A stretch of 64,000 bases of DNA from Escherichia phage vB_EcoM_G2469. Location of the stretch: sequence record MK327934.1; one strand, 5' to 3'. The stretch's first letter is position 1. Each line of letters begins with the position of its first letter. Made by a program: the position numbers and the translations under genes. The notes below the pieces were generated by a model that saw only the letters and a list, made by a program, of their open reading frames with translations, ran no database searches and had not been told where the DNA came from. Below are positions 43,615 through 53,595 of this stretch, piece after piece.

Positions 43615-45183
43615 ATGACTACTATCAAAACTAAAGCTCAGCTCGTAGACAAATGGAAAGAACTGCTGGAAGGTGAAGGCCTGCCGGAAATCGCTAATAG
43701 CAAGCAGGCTATTATCGCTAAAATCTTCGAAAACCAGGAAAAAGATTTCGAAGTATCCCCTGAATATAAAGACGAGAAAATCGCTCAGGCATTTGGTTCT
43801 TTCTTGACCGAAGCTGAAATTGGTGGTGACCATGGTTATAATGCTCAGAACATCGCAGCAGGTCAAACCTCTGGTGCAGTAACCCAAATTGGGCCGGCAG
43901 TTATGGGTATGGTTCGTCGTGCTATTCCTAATCTGATCGCTTTTGATATTTGTGGTGTTCAGCCTATGAACAGCCCGACCGGCCAGGTATTTGCTCTCCG
44001 TGCAGTATATGGTAAAGACCCTATCGCTGCTGGCGCTAAAGAAGCTTTCCATCCGATGTATGCCCCAGACGCGATGTTCTCTGGTCAGGGTGCTGCTAAG
44101 AAATTCCCAGCTCTGGCTGCTGACACTACTACTGTTGTAGGTGATATCTATACTCACTTCTTCCAAGAAACTGGTACTGTATATCTGCAAGCTTCTGCTG
44201 TCGTAACACTTGATTCTGGTGCAACTGATGCAGCTAAATTAGATGCAGAAGTTAAGAAACAAATGGAAGCTGGTGCACTGGTAGAAATCGCTGAAGGTAT
44301 GGCTACTTCTATCGCTGAACTTCAGGAAGGTTTCAACGGTTCTACCGATAACCCATGGAATGAAATGGGCTTCCGTATCGATAAACAAGTTATCGAAGCT
44401 AAATCTCGCCAGCTGAAAGCTGCTTACTCTATCGAATTAGCACAAGACCTCCGTGCAGTACACGGTATGGATGCTGATGCTGAACTGAGCGGTATTCTGG
44501 CTACAGAAATTATGCTAGAAATCAACCGTGAAGTTGTTGATTGGATTAACTACTCAGCACAGGTTGGTAAATCTGGTATGACCCTGACTCCGGGTTCTAA
44601 AGCTGGCGTATTTGACTTCCAAGACCCGATTGATATCCGTGGTGCTCGTTGGGCCGGTGAAAGCTTTAAATCTCTGTTGTTCCAGATTGATAAAGAAGCA
44701 GTTGAAATTGCTCGTCAAACCGGTCGTGGTGAAGGTAACTTCATTATCGCTTCCCGTAACGTAGTTAACGTACTGGCTTCAGTTGATACTGGTATTTCTT
44801 ACGCTGCACAGGGTCTGGCTTCTGGTTTTAATACCGACACTACTAAGTCTGTATTTGCCGGTGTACTTGGTGGTAAATACCGCGTATACATCGACCAGTA
44901 TGCTAAACAGGATTACTTCACCGTTGGTTACAAAGGCGCTAACGAAATGGATGCAGGTATTTACTATGCTCCTTACGTTGCACTTACCCCGCTGCGTGGT
45001 TCCGATCCTAAGAACTTCCAGCCGGTAATGGGCTTTAAAACTCGTTACGGTATCGGTGTTAACCCGTTTGCTGAAAGTTCCCTGCAGGCTCCAGGTGCTC
45101 GCATCCAGTCCGGTATGCCATCTATCCTGAACAGCCTTGGTAAGAACGCTTACTTCCGCCGTGTATATGTAAAAGGCATCTAA
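43615..45183 (+). CDS. 23: major capsid protein gp23
   Basis: 522 aa; strong hairpin terminator downstream. Confidence 0.97.
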   Translation: MTTIKTKAQLVDKWKELLEGEGLPEIANSKQAIIAKIFENQEKDFEVSPEYKDEKIAQAFGSFLTEAEIGGDHGYNAQNIAAGQTSGAVTQIGPAVMGMVRRAIPNLIAFDICGVQPMNSPTGQVFALRAVYGKDPIAAGAKEAFHPMYAPDAMFSGQGAAKKFPALAADTTTVVGDIYTHFFQETGTVYLQASAVVTLDSGATDAAKLDAEVKKQMEAGALVEIAEGMATSIAELQEGFNGSTDNPWNEMGFRIDKQVIEAKSRQLKAAYSIELAQDLRAVHGMDADAELSGILATEIMLEINREVVDWINYSAQVGKSGMTLTPGSKAGVFDFQDPIDIRGARWAGESFKSLLFQIDKEAVEIARQTGRGEGNFIIASRNVVNVLASVDTGISYAAQGLASGFNTDTTKSVFAGVLGGKYRVYIDQYAKQDYFTVGYKGANEMDAGIYYAPYVALTPLRGSDPKNFQPVMGFKTRYGIGVNPFAESSLQAPGARIQSGMPSILNSLGKNAYFRRVYVKGI

Positions 45184-45207
45184 TCTTAATTGATTAAATC
45201 TTATTTT

Positions 45208-45225
45208 GGGAGACTTCGGTCTCCC
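45208..45225 (+). terminator. rho-independent terminator after gene 23
   Basis: GGGAGACTTCGGTCTCCC followed by ATTTTTGGTTTT. Confidence 0.8.
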
Positions 45226-45235
45226 ATTTTTGGTT

Positions 45236-45505
45236 TTATTTCTGTGCAATTTCGATGTAAGTTTTCAAAATATTTTGCCAATTAGGCATACCTTCTTGGA
45301 CATATGCCGGAGAACCATCTTTGTTTTTGAATGATGCAAGTTTATCAGTGGCCCAATAACCTTTAGCTCGAGCTTCAGAACCAACTTTCATCCATACTTT
45401 GTTGAAGGCATTACCATTAACTTTTGCACCATATTTTTCTACTAACTTAATTGCTTCAGCTTCCAGAACTTTTAAAGTATCTCGTAAGAAACGTGCTTTA
45501 GTCAT
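45236..45505 (-). CDS. small hypothetical protein between genes 23 and 24 (cassette ORF)
   Basis: 89 aa MTKARFLRDTLKVLEAEAIKLVEKYGAK...; start, leader and sigma70-type promoter lie in a 47-bp exact repeat shared with 9302..9348. Confidence 0.55.
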   Translation of the reverse strand: MTKARFLRDTLKVLEAEAIKLVEKYGAKVNGNAFNKVWMKVGSEARAKGYWATDKLASFKNKDGSPAYVQEGMPNWQNILKTYIEIAQK

Positions 45506-45545
45506 TTTGTTTACTCCTCTGTAGTTGATAAGTCTATAGTATCAC
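45499..45545. repeat. 47-bp exact direct repeat, copy 2
   Basis: Identical to 9302..9348. Confidence 0.85.
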
Positions 45546-45564
45546 ATACCAAATACGTTGTAAA
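45536..45564 (-). promoter_or_regulatory. sigma70-type early promoter within the 23-24 intergenic cassette
   Basis: TTTACA-N17-TACTAT; the -10 lies in the 47-bp exact repeat. Confidence 0.45.
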
Positions 45565-45571
45565 CAATCTT

Positions 45572-45579
45572 TATAAATA
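45572..45579 (+). promoter_or_regulatory. T4-type late promoter for gene 24
   Basis: TATAAATA 28 nt before the ATG at 45607. Confidence 0.65.
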
Positions 45580-45606
45580 ATCTATATCACATAAGGAAAA
45601 AATGCA

Positions 45607-46890
45607 ATGAGTAAAATCCAAAAATTATTGCGTGAATCTACAACGTCTACTAGCAACTCAATTGGTCGCCCAAATCTCGTTGCTTTGACTCGCGCTACGA
45701 CTAAATTAATATATTCTGACATTGTAGCAACACAAAGAACTAATCAACCTGTTGCTGCTTTTTATGGTATCAAATATCTTAACCCGGATAACGAATTCAC
45801 ATTTAAAACTGGTGCTACTTATGCTGGCGAAGTTGGATATGTAGACCGAGAAAAAATTACTGAACTCACAGAAGAATCAAAAGTCACACTAAATAAAGGT
45901 GATTTTTTCAAATATAATAATATCGTCTATAAAGTGTTAGAAGATACACCATTTGCAGATATTCAAGAAAGTGATCTAGAATTAGCTCTTCAGATTGCAG
46001 TCGTTCATTTAAAGGTACGGTTATTTTCAGATGCAGCGGTAACAAGCAAATTTGAAAGCTCTGATAGCGAAATTTCTGATGCAAGATTCCAGATTAATAA
46101 ATGGCAAACTTCAGTCAAATCTCGCAAACTTAAAACTGGTCTCACGGTTGAATTAGCGCAAGATTTGGAAGCGAATGGATTTGATGCCCCTAACTTCTTA
46201 GAGGATTTGCTTGCTACTGAAATGGCTGATGAAATTAATAAAGATATTCTTCAGTCTTTAATTACTGTATCGAAACGTTATAAAGTTACTGGAATTACTG
46301 ACACCGGATTTATTGACTTGAGCTATGCATCCGCTCCAGAAGCAGGTCGTTCATTATATCGAATGGTGTGTGAAATGGTATCACACATTCAAAAAGAGAC
46401 AACTTATACTGCAACGTTTTGTGTAGCCTCAGCTCGTGCAGCTGCTATTCTTGCTGCTTCCGGTTGGTTAAAACATAAGCCAGAAGATGACAAGTATCTT
46501 TCACAAAATGCTTATGGATTCTTGGCAAATGGATTACCTCTTTACTGCGATACCAACAGTCCGTTAGATTATGTTATTGTTGGTGTTGTAGAAAATATCG
46601 GCGAAAAAGAAATTGTAGGGTCCATCTTTTATGCTCCATACACTGAAGGAGTAGATTTAGATGACCCGGAACATGTTGGTGCATTTAAAGTTGTAGTTGA
46701 TCCAGAAAGCTTGCAACCGTCTATCGGATTATTGGTTAGATATGCTTTATCAGCAAATCCTTACACAGTAGCAAAAGACGAAAAAGAAGCGAGAATAATT
46801 GATGGTGGGGACATGGATAAAATGGCAGGACGTTCAGACTTGTCTGTTTTACTCGGTGTTAAATTGCCTAAAATTATTATAGATGAATAA
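45607..46890 (+). CDS. 24: capsid vertex protein gp24
   Basis: 427 aa; late promoter at 45572..45579. Confidence 0.96.
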   Translation: MSKIQKLLRESTTSTSNSIGRPNLVALTRATTKLIYSDIVATQRTNQPVAAFYGIKYLNPDNEFTFKTGATYAGEVGYVDREKITELTEESKVTLNKGDFFKYNNIVYKVLEDTPFADIQESDLELALQIAVVHLKVRLFSDAAVTSKFESSDSEISDARFQINKWQTSVKSRKLKTGLTVELAQDLEANGFDAPNFLEDLLATEMADEINKDILQSLITVSKRYKVTGITDTGFIDLSYASAPEAGRSLYRMVCEMVSHIQKETTYTATFCVASARAAAILAASGWLKHKPEDDKYLSQNAYGFLANGLPLYCDTNSPLDYVIVGVVENIGEKEIVGSIFYAPYTEGVDLDDPEHVGAFKVVVDPESLQPSIGLLVRYALSANPYTVAKDEKEARIIDGGDMDKMAGRSDLSVLLGVKLPKIIIDE

Positions 46891-46901
46891 ACAAAAAAAA
46901 A

Positions 46902-46919
46902 AGGGACCGTAAGGTCCCT
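46902..46919. terminator. bidirectional terminator between gene 24 and rnlB
   Basis: A10 tract, AGGGACCGTAAGGTCCCT, TTTTT. Confidence 0.8.
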
Positions 46920-46925
46920 TTTTCG

Positions 46926-47924
46926 TTATGATACTAATTCAATCCATGCAGGACGCAGAACATCTTGCACCATTCGGACTAATTCTTTCTTAACAAGATT
47001 CGGATTATCGGATGATGTTAATACAATACCTTCACGAGAAGTTTCTTCCAGAATATCTTGAACAGTCAATCCCATCACTTTGCCAAAATCTTTTGGCGTT
47101 ACAGACCCAATCTTAGAAATCACATTATTAACACGGTTTAATGTAACATAACAAGCTAGGACATCAAGCAAGTTTTTGTCAATTTCGGTTAATGGAACCT
47201 GAGTTTTAATAGGCTTATCAGACTTTTTCTTTTCACTGAATTTAGAGTTCTTACACTTAATAGCTACACGAGTACCGTTTGGCAGCCATTTAGGGAAACA
47301 AGGCTTCAGAACATAACCTTCTGCCGTATTATCGCCAATAACATTAGCATCAAATACACAATTATTTGCTTCTACAAGGTCTTCTGACGCAGTAGCATTA
47401 TAAGCGGCTAAAACGGAATCAAGGTCATTTGGAATCATGATAAGAGAATCAAATGTTCCACGACCAAGCATTGGTGCCATTTTAAAACCGAATTCATTAC
47501 AGAAATCTTGCATTTCGTAATCGGTCAAATACGTATTATCACCACTTTCTGTATTGATAAGGATATCGAACACATAAAAATCTTTTTCACCGTAGTCAAC
47601 ACCTTTCTGGATTCCACCACCAGCGAATTCACCAAAGACCTGATATGATACAGCTCGAGAACTACCCATTACTTCTTGAACGTTTTTAATAGCCTTATCA
47701 TACTTCTTGAGTACAATTTCATAACCATAAAAATCTTCTGCTGGAAGAATAGGGCCTGTGCGCTTGGCGCATGTGACGTTGTCACGTTCAATTATTAACG
47801 AGAAGTTAGTCCCATGGATTTTCTCACGTGCTACCCAAACACCAGTAGTCAAACCATTAGTGTAGAGTTTTTCAATAAACTTAGAGTTGTAGTGGTTTTC
47901 AAGACTGCTGTATTTCTTAAACAT
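46926..47924 (-). CDS. rnlB: RNA ligase 2
   Basis: [21 protein letters not shown]...[10 protein letters not shown] (lysine nucleotidyltransferase motif KxHGxN), T4 Rnl2-like throughout. Confidence 0.95.
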   Translation of the reverse strand: MFKKYSSLENHYNSKFIEKLYTNGLTTGVWVAREKIHGTNFSLIIERDNVTCAKRTGPILPAEDFYGYEIVLKKYDKAIKNVQEVMGSSRAVSYQVFGEFAGGGIQKGVDYGEKDFYVFDILINTESGDNTYLTDYEMQDFCNEFGFKMAPMLGRGTFDSLIMIPNDLDSVLAAYNATASEDLVEANNCVFDANVIGDNTAEGYVLKPCFPKWLPNGTRVAIKCKNSKFSEKKKSDKPIKTQVPLTEIDKNLLDVLACYVTLNRVNNVISKIGSVTPKDFGKVMGLTVQDILEETSREGIVLTSSDNPNLVKKELVRMVQDVLRPAWIELVS

Positions 47925-48043
47925 AAATCACCATTATAAATAATAATATCAAAATAATTAGCAGAGACTCTATCTCTGACCGGATGTTTAATTTGAATGG
48001 ATAGAACCTAGATTCATTATACCATCAAAAATTGTAAAGCATA

Positions 48044-48295
48044 TTAGAACTTGATTTCTATCCAATGACCATCACGCTGGTCGTGATTAATTTTGTACTG
48101 AAAGCCATTATCACGAAGCCATTGACCGACTTGTTCAGTTATAGTTAAATCGTTCTTTGACGGGTAGTACGTGAATTGTGTCTGGCCTTTATCAGCGGCT
48201 TTCTCTGCCATCACAGAGAAGTTAGTAATAAAATCACTCAACAAATTAGCTTTAGTGGCCAGTGCCCTTTCTCTTAATTCCTGTGCAAAACTCAT
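48044..48295 (-). CDS. small hypothetical protein
   Basis: 83 aa ORF between rnlB and hoc. Confidence 0.6.
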   Translation of the reverse strand: MSFAQELRERALATKANLLSDFITNFSVMAEKAADKGQTQFTYYPSKNDLTITEQVGQWLRDNGFQYKINHDQRDGHWIEIKF

Positions 48296-48492
48296 TTCTT
48301 CACCTTTTTGTTAATCAAACGTTTACGGTATACAACTTTTTCTTTTGCTTTAAACTTTGACCGAGCTGTCTCGGCTTTAGTCCATAGTAATCCAACTTCT
48401 TTAGGTTGTAAACCAATTTTTTGAGCAATTTCTACGAATGAAAATCCCGCCTCATGTAATGTATAAACTTCAACTTCAGCTCTCATAATCAA
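48292..48492 (-). CDS. small basic protein, possible HTH
   Basis: 66 aa; GFSFVEIAQKIGLQPKEV resembles a helix-turn-helix; K-rich tail. Confidence 0.5.
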   Translation of the reverse strand: MIMRAEVEVYTLHEAGFSFVEIAQKIGLQPKEVGLLWTKAETARSKFKAKEKVVYRKRLINKKVKK

Positions 48493-48566
48493 TCCCGTAT
48501 TATTTGGTTTGTGCCATTATATACATCAATCTCAAGTTGTGTTTTTGTATGCTTTAAAAACGAAGA

Positions 48567-48584
48567 AAGGGGCCGAAGCCCCTT
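48567..48584 (-). terminator. rho-independent terminator after hoc
   Basis: AAGGGGCUUCGGCCCCUU followed by UCUUCGUUUUU on minus strand. Confidence 0.7.
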
Positions 48585-48588
48585 ACGA

Positions 48589-49719
48589 TTATGGATATGT
48601 ATAGATGATACCAGTTTCCAAAGCAGTTTTATGGATGATGTATCCATTACGTGATTCTTGAACATCAACTTCCGGATAGTCTTTCATCATTTTCTGAAGA
48701 GTGTAACGATGCAGGTAGTATTTACTATCTGGATCTTCAGTTTTCCAATCTTTACCTTCTTCAGTCATTTTTTGGATTTCATCCATAACCCACCAACCGC
48801 ACCAGATGTAAGCTGAAGTACGATGTGGAAGAGGATGAACATAAGGTAATTCACCTTCTGGTTCCGGAGCAACTTTATCAGTTACCTGAACTTGACCTTC
48901 TGCTGTAATAGTTTTGCTATCGTAATCAGTTGCAGTAATAGTTGCAGTAACTTCAATAGTTTGACTTCCAATAGACGAGGTATCAACGGTATATACATTA
49001 GTTGACCCTTCTACAGGAGAAGAATCTTTCTTCCATGAATACGCAATTTGCGCTTCTTCTGGAGCATCCGTAACATTAGCCGTAAATGTAGCCGAAGCAT
49101 CTTGTTGAACATTAATAGAAGGAGGAGTCAATGTAACCTGTGGATTCATTGTCTTCTTATTAACCGTTAATGATACTTCATTCGAAGTAACTTCCTTTGC
49201 ATCATAATCTGTCGCAGTTACTTGGGCTACACATTTAATTCTTTTTACTCCACTTGTAGTTGGAGTATAGCTAAATGTAGAGTTAGTTTCTCCACCAACC
49301 TGTGAATCATCTACATACCACTGATACGTAGCAGACGCTCCAGCTGGTTGAGAAGCTAAGGCAGCAGTAAATTGAACTGGGGTTCCAATTACTCCAGCTG
49401 AAGGACTATTGGGAGTTACAGCTAAGGTAGTCGTTTGTGTCTTGTTTTGAACTGTGATGGTTGTAGAAGCTTCTGCTGTTTCAGCTTCAGCTTCTGGAAC
49501 TGTATTTGTTGCAACTACTTTAATAGTCTTTTGACCGGCAGGTCCTTTTAGTACATAACTAAAAGTTGCTTCAGCTCCATCTTGCGGAACATCATCTACA
49601 GTCCAAGCATATGTAATAGTTCCGCCTCCAGTTTCACCACTGGGTGTAGCAGTAAACTGCTGAGTCTGATCTATAACTCCAGTAGGTGTTTTAGGAGTTA
49701 TATCAACTGTAAAAGCCAT
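48589..49719 (-). CDS. hoc: highly immunogenic outer capsid protein (Ig-like domains)
   Basis: 376 aa; repeated Ig-like modules (TATDYD repeats) and conserved C-terminal capsid-binding region. Confidence 0.92.
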   Translation of the reverse strand: MAFTVDITPKTPTGVIDQTQQFTATPSGETGGGTITYAWTVDDVPQDGAEATFSYVLKGPAGQKTIKVVATNTVPEAEAETAEASTTITVQNKTQTTTLAVTPNSPSAGVIGTPVQFTAALASQPAGASATYQWYVDDSQVGGETNSTFSYTPTTSGVKRIKCVAQVTATDYDAKEVTSNEVSLTVNKKTMNPQVTLTPPSINVQQDASATFTANVTDAPEEAQIAYSWKKDSSPVEGSTNVYTVDTSSIGSQTIEVTATITATDYDSKTITAEGQVQVTDKVAPEPEGELPYVHPLPHRTSAYIWCGWWVMDEIQKMTEEGKDWKTEDPDSKYYLHRYTLQKMMKDYPEVDVQESRNGYIIHKTALETGIIYTYP

Positions 49720-49728
49720 AAGTTATCC

Positions 49729-50397
49729 TTATTTTAATGTTACGAAAGAAGAATTACGAGTTTCACGAATTAGAACTGATCCATCGCGGTTAATATAATA
49801 AATTAAGCTAAATAATGTTTGGTGAGCAGAAGCATGCACAAAACTAGTTGGGCGAGATTTCCAATCTGGGGTTTCGGCTATCCATTGATAAATCCACCAA
49901 GGAACAGTAACATATCCTGGACCTTTGCCTAATTTAATGAGTGTAGGACTAAAATTTTCAGGCAGAACAAATTTTACTTCTTTATTTACCTCTGCCTCAG
50001 GCTCTTTTTCAGATTCAACAACCTGAGTAATTGCTTCTTCGAATTTATCATGGTCGAATTCTTTTTCTTGTTCGACAACTTCTAATACTTCAACTTGTTC
50101 TGTTGGAGAATCAAACAACAGAATAGCTTCTTCTTTAACTTCTTCGTTGGTGAAATTAACACCGTCCACATCATCTGCGGCAGTAATTAAATCGGTGATA
50201 GATAATCCATCAGTTTCAGGTAATGGTTCATCAGCCAGTGCGTTAAGAGCTTCTTCGATATCAATAACAATATTATCGAATGATTTTGTTTTCTTAACAC
50301 TAATGCCAAATTGTTCTGCATATTCAAACAGTTTAGCTTTGGCTTCCTTTTTATCAGAAAGAGCACGTAACTCTTCAATATAGTCTTTATCGATCAT
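49729..50397 (-). CDS. inh: inhibitor of prohead protease
   Basis: 222 aa, position between hoc and uvsW. Confidence 0.85.
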   Translation of the reverse strand: MIDKDYIEELRALSDKKEAKAKLFEYAEQFGISVKKTKSFDNIVIDIEEALNALADEPLPETDGLSITDLITAADDVDGVNFTNEEVKEEAILLFDSPTEQVEVLEVVEQEKEFDHDKFEEAITQVVESEKEPEAEVNKEVKFVLPENFSPTLIKLGKGPGYVTVPWWIYQWIAETPDWKSRPTSFVHASAHQTLFSLIYYINRDGSVLIRETRNSSFVTLK

Positions 50398-50410
50398 GAT
50401 ATTTCCTCAT

Positions 50411-50418
50411 TATAAATA
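50411..50418 (+). promoter_or_regulatory. T4-type late promoter for uvsW
   Basis: TATAAATA 30 nt before the ATG at 50448. Confidence 0.6.
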
Positions 50419-50447
50419 TAACTATATTTATTACATGGTAATTTGAC

Positions 50448-51962
50448 ATGACTGACATTAAAGTACATTTTTATGATTTTAGTCACGTGCGCATTGAATG
50501 CGACGAAAGTACGTTTTACGAACTTCGTGACTTTTTTAGCTTTGAAGCTGACGGGTATAAATTTAACCCAAAATATCGCTATGGGAACTGGGATGGTAGA
50601 ATTCGACTTTTAGATTACAATCGTTTGTTACCATATGGACTTGTAGGACAAATAAAAAAGTTCTGTAACAATATGAGTTATTCTGTATGGATTGACCCTA
50701 AAATCTTTGAGACCGAAGACCTTACCAGGGAAGATTTTGACGCGTGGCTTTCTAAACAAGAAATTTATTCAGGCAACGCCAAAATCGAACCACATTGGTA
50801 TCAAAAAGATGCAGTATATGAAGGTCTGGTTAATCGTCGTCGAATTTTAAACCTTCCGACATCAGCAGGTAAATCACTAATCCAAGCACTTTTAGCTCGA
50901 TATTATCTAGAGAACTATGAAGGTAAAATTCTCATTATCGTCCCTACAACAGCATTGACAACCCAAATGGCTAATGATTTTGTTGATTATCGCTTGTTTA
51001 GTCATTCGATGATTAAGAAAATTGGCGGTGGTGCTGATAAAGCGGACAAATCTAAAAACGACGCTCCAATTATTGTTGGCACATGGCAAACGGTAGTTAA
51101 GCAGCCTAAAGAATGGTTCTCTCAGTTCGGTATGATGATGAACGATGAATGCCACTTAGCAACAGGCAAAAGTATTTCTTCAATCATCTCAGGATTAAAT
51201 AATTGCATGTTTAAATTCGGTTTATCTGGCTCATTAAGAGACGGAAAAGCCAATGTAATGCAGTACGTAGGTATGTTCGGCGAAATCTTCCGTCCTGTTA
51301 GCACGTCTAAATTAATGGAAGACGGACAGGTAACTGAGCTTAAGATTAATAGTATTTTCCTTCGTTATCCGGACGAATTCGCCATTAAATTAAAAGGTAA
51401 AACATACCAAGAAGAAGTTAAAATTATTACCGGACTAAAACGACGTACAAAGTGGATTGCTCAACTTTCGGTCAAATTGGCTAAGAAAGACGAGAACGCC
51501 TTTGTAATGTTTAAACACGTTACACACGGTAAAGAAATATTTGAAGCTATTAAAGAGCTTGGATACGAAAAAGTTTATTACGTATCAGGTGAAGTTGATA
51601 CTGAAACACGTAACGCGCTTAAAGTCATGGCAGAAAATGGTAAAGGCATTATTATTGTTGCATCATATGGAGTATTCTCTACTGGTATTTCAGTCAAGAA
51701 TCTTCATCATGTTATTTTTGCCCATGGTGTTAAATCAAAAATTATCGTACTTCAAACCGTAGGTCGCGTGCTTCGTAAGCATGGTTCTAAAGCTGTTGCT
51801 ACAGTTTGGGATCTCATCGATGACGCAGGTGTAAAACCTAAATCATTAAATACTAAAAAGAAGTATACTCATCTTAATTACTTGTTAAAACACGGTATTG
51901 ATCGTATCCAACGTTACGCTGATGAGAAATTTAACTATGTAATGAAAACAATTAATTTATAA
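50448..51962 (+). CDS. uvsW: DNA/RNA helicase UvsW
   Basis: 504 aa; Walker A TSAGKS, DECH box; late promoter at 50411..50418. Confidence 0.95.
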   Translation: MTDIKVHFYDFSHVRIECDESTFYELRDFFSFEADGYKFNPKYRYGNWDGRIRLLDYNRLLPYGLVGQIKKFCNNMSYSVWIDPKIFETEDLTREDFDAWLSKQEIYSGNAKIEPHWYQKDAVYEGLVNRRRILNLPTSAGKSLIQALLARYYLENYEGKILIIVPTTALTTQMANDFVDYRLFSHSMIKKIGGGADKADKSKNDAPIIVGTWQTVVKQPKEWFSQFGMMMNDECHLATGKSISSIISGLNNCMFKFGLSGSLRDGKANVMQYVGMFGEIFRPVSTSKLMEDGQVTELKINSIFLRYPDEFAIKLKGKTYQEEVKIITGLKRRTKWIAQLSVKLAKKDENAFVMFKHVTHGKEIFEAIKELGYEKVYYVSGEVDTETRNALKVMAENGKGIIIVASYGVFSTGISVKNLHHVIFAHGVKSKIIVLQTVGRVLRKHGSKAVATVWDLIDDAGVKPKSLNTKKKYTHLNYLLKHGIDRIQRYADEKFNYVMKTINL

Positions 51963-51987
51963 GGGCTGAAGCCCTTAGGAGATAAAA

Positions 51988-52221
51988 ATGGTACTTGAAT
52001 TTAAACAATTTTTATACGAAGCATCTATTGACGAATTCATGGGTAAAATTGCTAGTTGTCATACCTTAGAAGGGCTTGAAGAATTGGAAGCTTATTATAA
52101 GAAACGTATAAAAGAAACGGAATTAAAAGATACAGATGATATTTCTGTCAGGGATGCCTTAGCAGGTAAGCGTGCCGAACTTGAAGGCGACGATGATGAG
52201 GATGTGGAAGAAGACTTCTAA
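51988..52221 (+). CDS. uvsW.1: UvsW.1 small acidic protein
   Basis: 77 aa, acidic C-terminus. Confidence 0.85.
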   Translation: MVLEFKQFLYEASIDEFMGKIASCHTLEGLEELEAYYKKRIKETELKDTDDISVRDALAGKRAELEGDDDEDVEEDF

Positions 52222-52229
52222 TTAAAAAA

Positions 52230-52252
52230 GGCCCGACCTTTTTGGAAGGGCC
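52230..52252 (-). terminator. rho-independent terminator of the uvsY transcription unit
   Basis: GGCCC/GGGCC stem followed by UUUUUU on minus strand. Confidence 0.65.
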
Positions 52253-52278
52253 AAAAACCATAGGCAAAAAAGGTAACA

Positions 52279-52446
52279 CTATAGTAAAAGTTGGGTTTCG
52301 TTCAATTGCTCTTCTGAACTTTCTGAAACCGGCAATTGTTGGACATAATTATAACAAGGACCAGGATGTGCTGGACCTTTGTCTGTTTCAACAACCAATG
52401 CAGAATCGATTGGAGTTTTACAGACAACACAAATCTTATCTGACAT
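52279..52446 (-). CDS. small Cys-containing protein (55 aa), absent from the ORF track
   Basis: MSDKICVVCKTPIDSALVVETDKGPAHPGPCYNYVQQLPVSESSEEQLNETQLLL; AGGAGG SD; TATAAATA late-promoter motif 30 nt upstream; hairpin terminator downstream. Confidence 0.55.
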   Translation of the reverse strand: MSDKICVVCKTPIDSALVVETDKGPAHPGPCYNYVQQLPVSESSEEQLNETQLLL

Positions 52447-52475
52447 GATTGCCTCCTAAGTTGAAATTACATATC

Positions 52476-52483
52476 TATTTATA
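52476..52483 (-). promoter_or_regulatory. T4-type late promoter
   Basis: TATAAATA on minus strand 30 nt before the ATG at 52446. Confidence 0.55.
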
Positions 52484-52703
52484 CAACTCTCATATGCATA
52501 TCAATGCCCATATCTTTAGAATAAAAATATTCATCAAGATATCCGGCAAATTTTCCTTTAATATAAAGGACATCTTCACCACACGGGTGGTCTGCCAGGA
52601 TACGAATATCCTGACGACGTAGACGATACTTTTCCATTAAGAATTTAATTTCAGTTTCAAATTCTTCATCATTATTAAAGGCATCTTCAATTGAATAACG
52701 CAT
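52479..52703 (-). CDS. small hypothetical protein upstream neighbour of uvsY
   Basis: 74 aa ORF; stop overlaps the next start. Confidence 0.6.
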   Translation of the reverse strand: MRYSIEDAFNNDEEFETEIKFLMEKYRLRRQDIRILADHPCGEDVLYIKGKFAGYLDEYFYSKDMGIDMHMRVV

Positions 52704-53116
52704 TATTGCCCCGCTTCAAATTCTCGCATATCCTGGATATGTTTAAGTGCAAAACTACGAGACTTAACTGCGTCAAGTGCACCACTACAGAACTCAAGTA
52801 AAATTCCCCAGTATTGTAAAGTAGTCTCTATTTTAAGCACATCTTTATCTGCAGCCAAGACAGTTTTCATTTCAGATTTCTCATATCGGTCCATACTGAA
52901 TTCATCACCGTCACCTCGTCCCGAGTAGTAGTCTAATCTTGCTTTTAGAGCAGTTTTCTTCTTAGTCTCTATACGCAACATTTCTTTACGAATAAATGAG
53001 TGCTTACGTAGCCATTTGCTGTATAACTTAACATTATTCGCCGTCTCATATTGCAACTTTGTCATATCAATAGCTAAGTCTGCGTCTAACTCTTCCTGTA
53101 AATCTTCCAGCTTCAT
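52703..53116 (-). CDS. uvsY: recombination mediator UvsY
   Basis: MKLEDLQEEL...DMREFEAGQ, 137 aa from the ATG at 53116. Confidence 0.93.
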   Translation of the reverse strand: MKLEDLQEELDADLAIDMTKLQYETANNVKLYSKWLRKHSFIRKEMLRIETKKKTALKARLDYYSGRGDGDEFSMDRYEKSEMKTVLAADKDVLKIETTLQYWGILLEFCSGALDAVKSRSFALKHIQDMREFEAGQ

Positions 53117-53196
53117 AATGTTCTCTCTTTTAACTAATAATCTCCCGGCTGTATCGGAAGGACCTAAAACCATTATACATATGTTGCCTTGAAGCA

Positions 53197-53595
53197 TTAC
53201 ACTCTATTGCTTGACGCTAACTGAAGTTTAATTTGTTCAATATCGTCAGGGTTGTCTATGACCGAAAATCTAATCTCTACTATAACCGTATAGTCGTCAT
53301 ATACTGGCGTTACACTTACAGAAAGTTTGTCGATGCGTGGCTCATAGTTACGAACAGCTGCCTGGATATTACGCTCAATCGTATCGGCTGTAAGTGGTGT
53401 CATGTTCTCGAAAAGTTCATCAACCAAATCGCATCCAAATTCAGGGTCGAAGGGGCGCGAGCCTTTTCTAGTTGTCACTATGCCAAGAAGACTATTTTTA
53501 ATAGAACGAAGTCCTACAGAACGAGCAACGTCCTTGTTCCAATCCATACGCATTTCTGGGTCGATATCTGAATAAAGTTTATTGATATTAGACAT
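53197..53595 (-). CDS. 25: baseplate wedge protein gp25
   Basis: 132 aa, same length as T4 gp25. Confidence 0.94.
   Translation of the reverse strand: MSNINKLYSDIDPEMRMDWNKDVARSVGLRSIKNSLLGIVTTRKGSRPFDPEFGCDLVDELFENMTPLTADTIERNIQAAVRNYEPRIDKLSVSVTPVYDDYTVIVEIRFSVIDNPDDIEQIKLQLASSNRV

Noticed and set aside
45184-45606. Homing endonuclease (segD-like) between genes 23 and 24
   Set aside because: The only ORF there is an 89-aa protein with no GIY-YIG or HNH motif; no seg/mob-type homing endonuclease was seen anywhere in the window.
47933-47940. Plus-strand TATAAATA between rnlB and the next gene
   Set aside because: No plus-strand gene lies downstream; probably a chance match in AT-rich intergenic DNA.
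52242-52448. Plus-strand 68-aa ORF
   Set aside because: The opposite strand holds a 55-aa ORF with AGGAGG SD, late promoter and terminator; the plus ORF has none of these.
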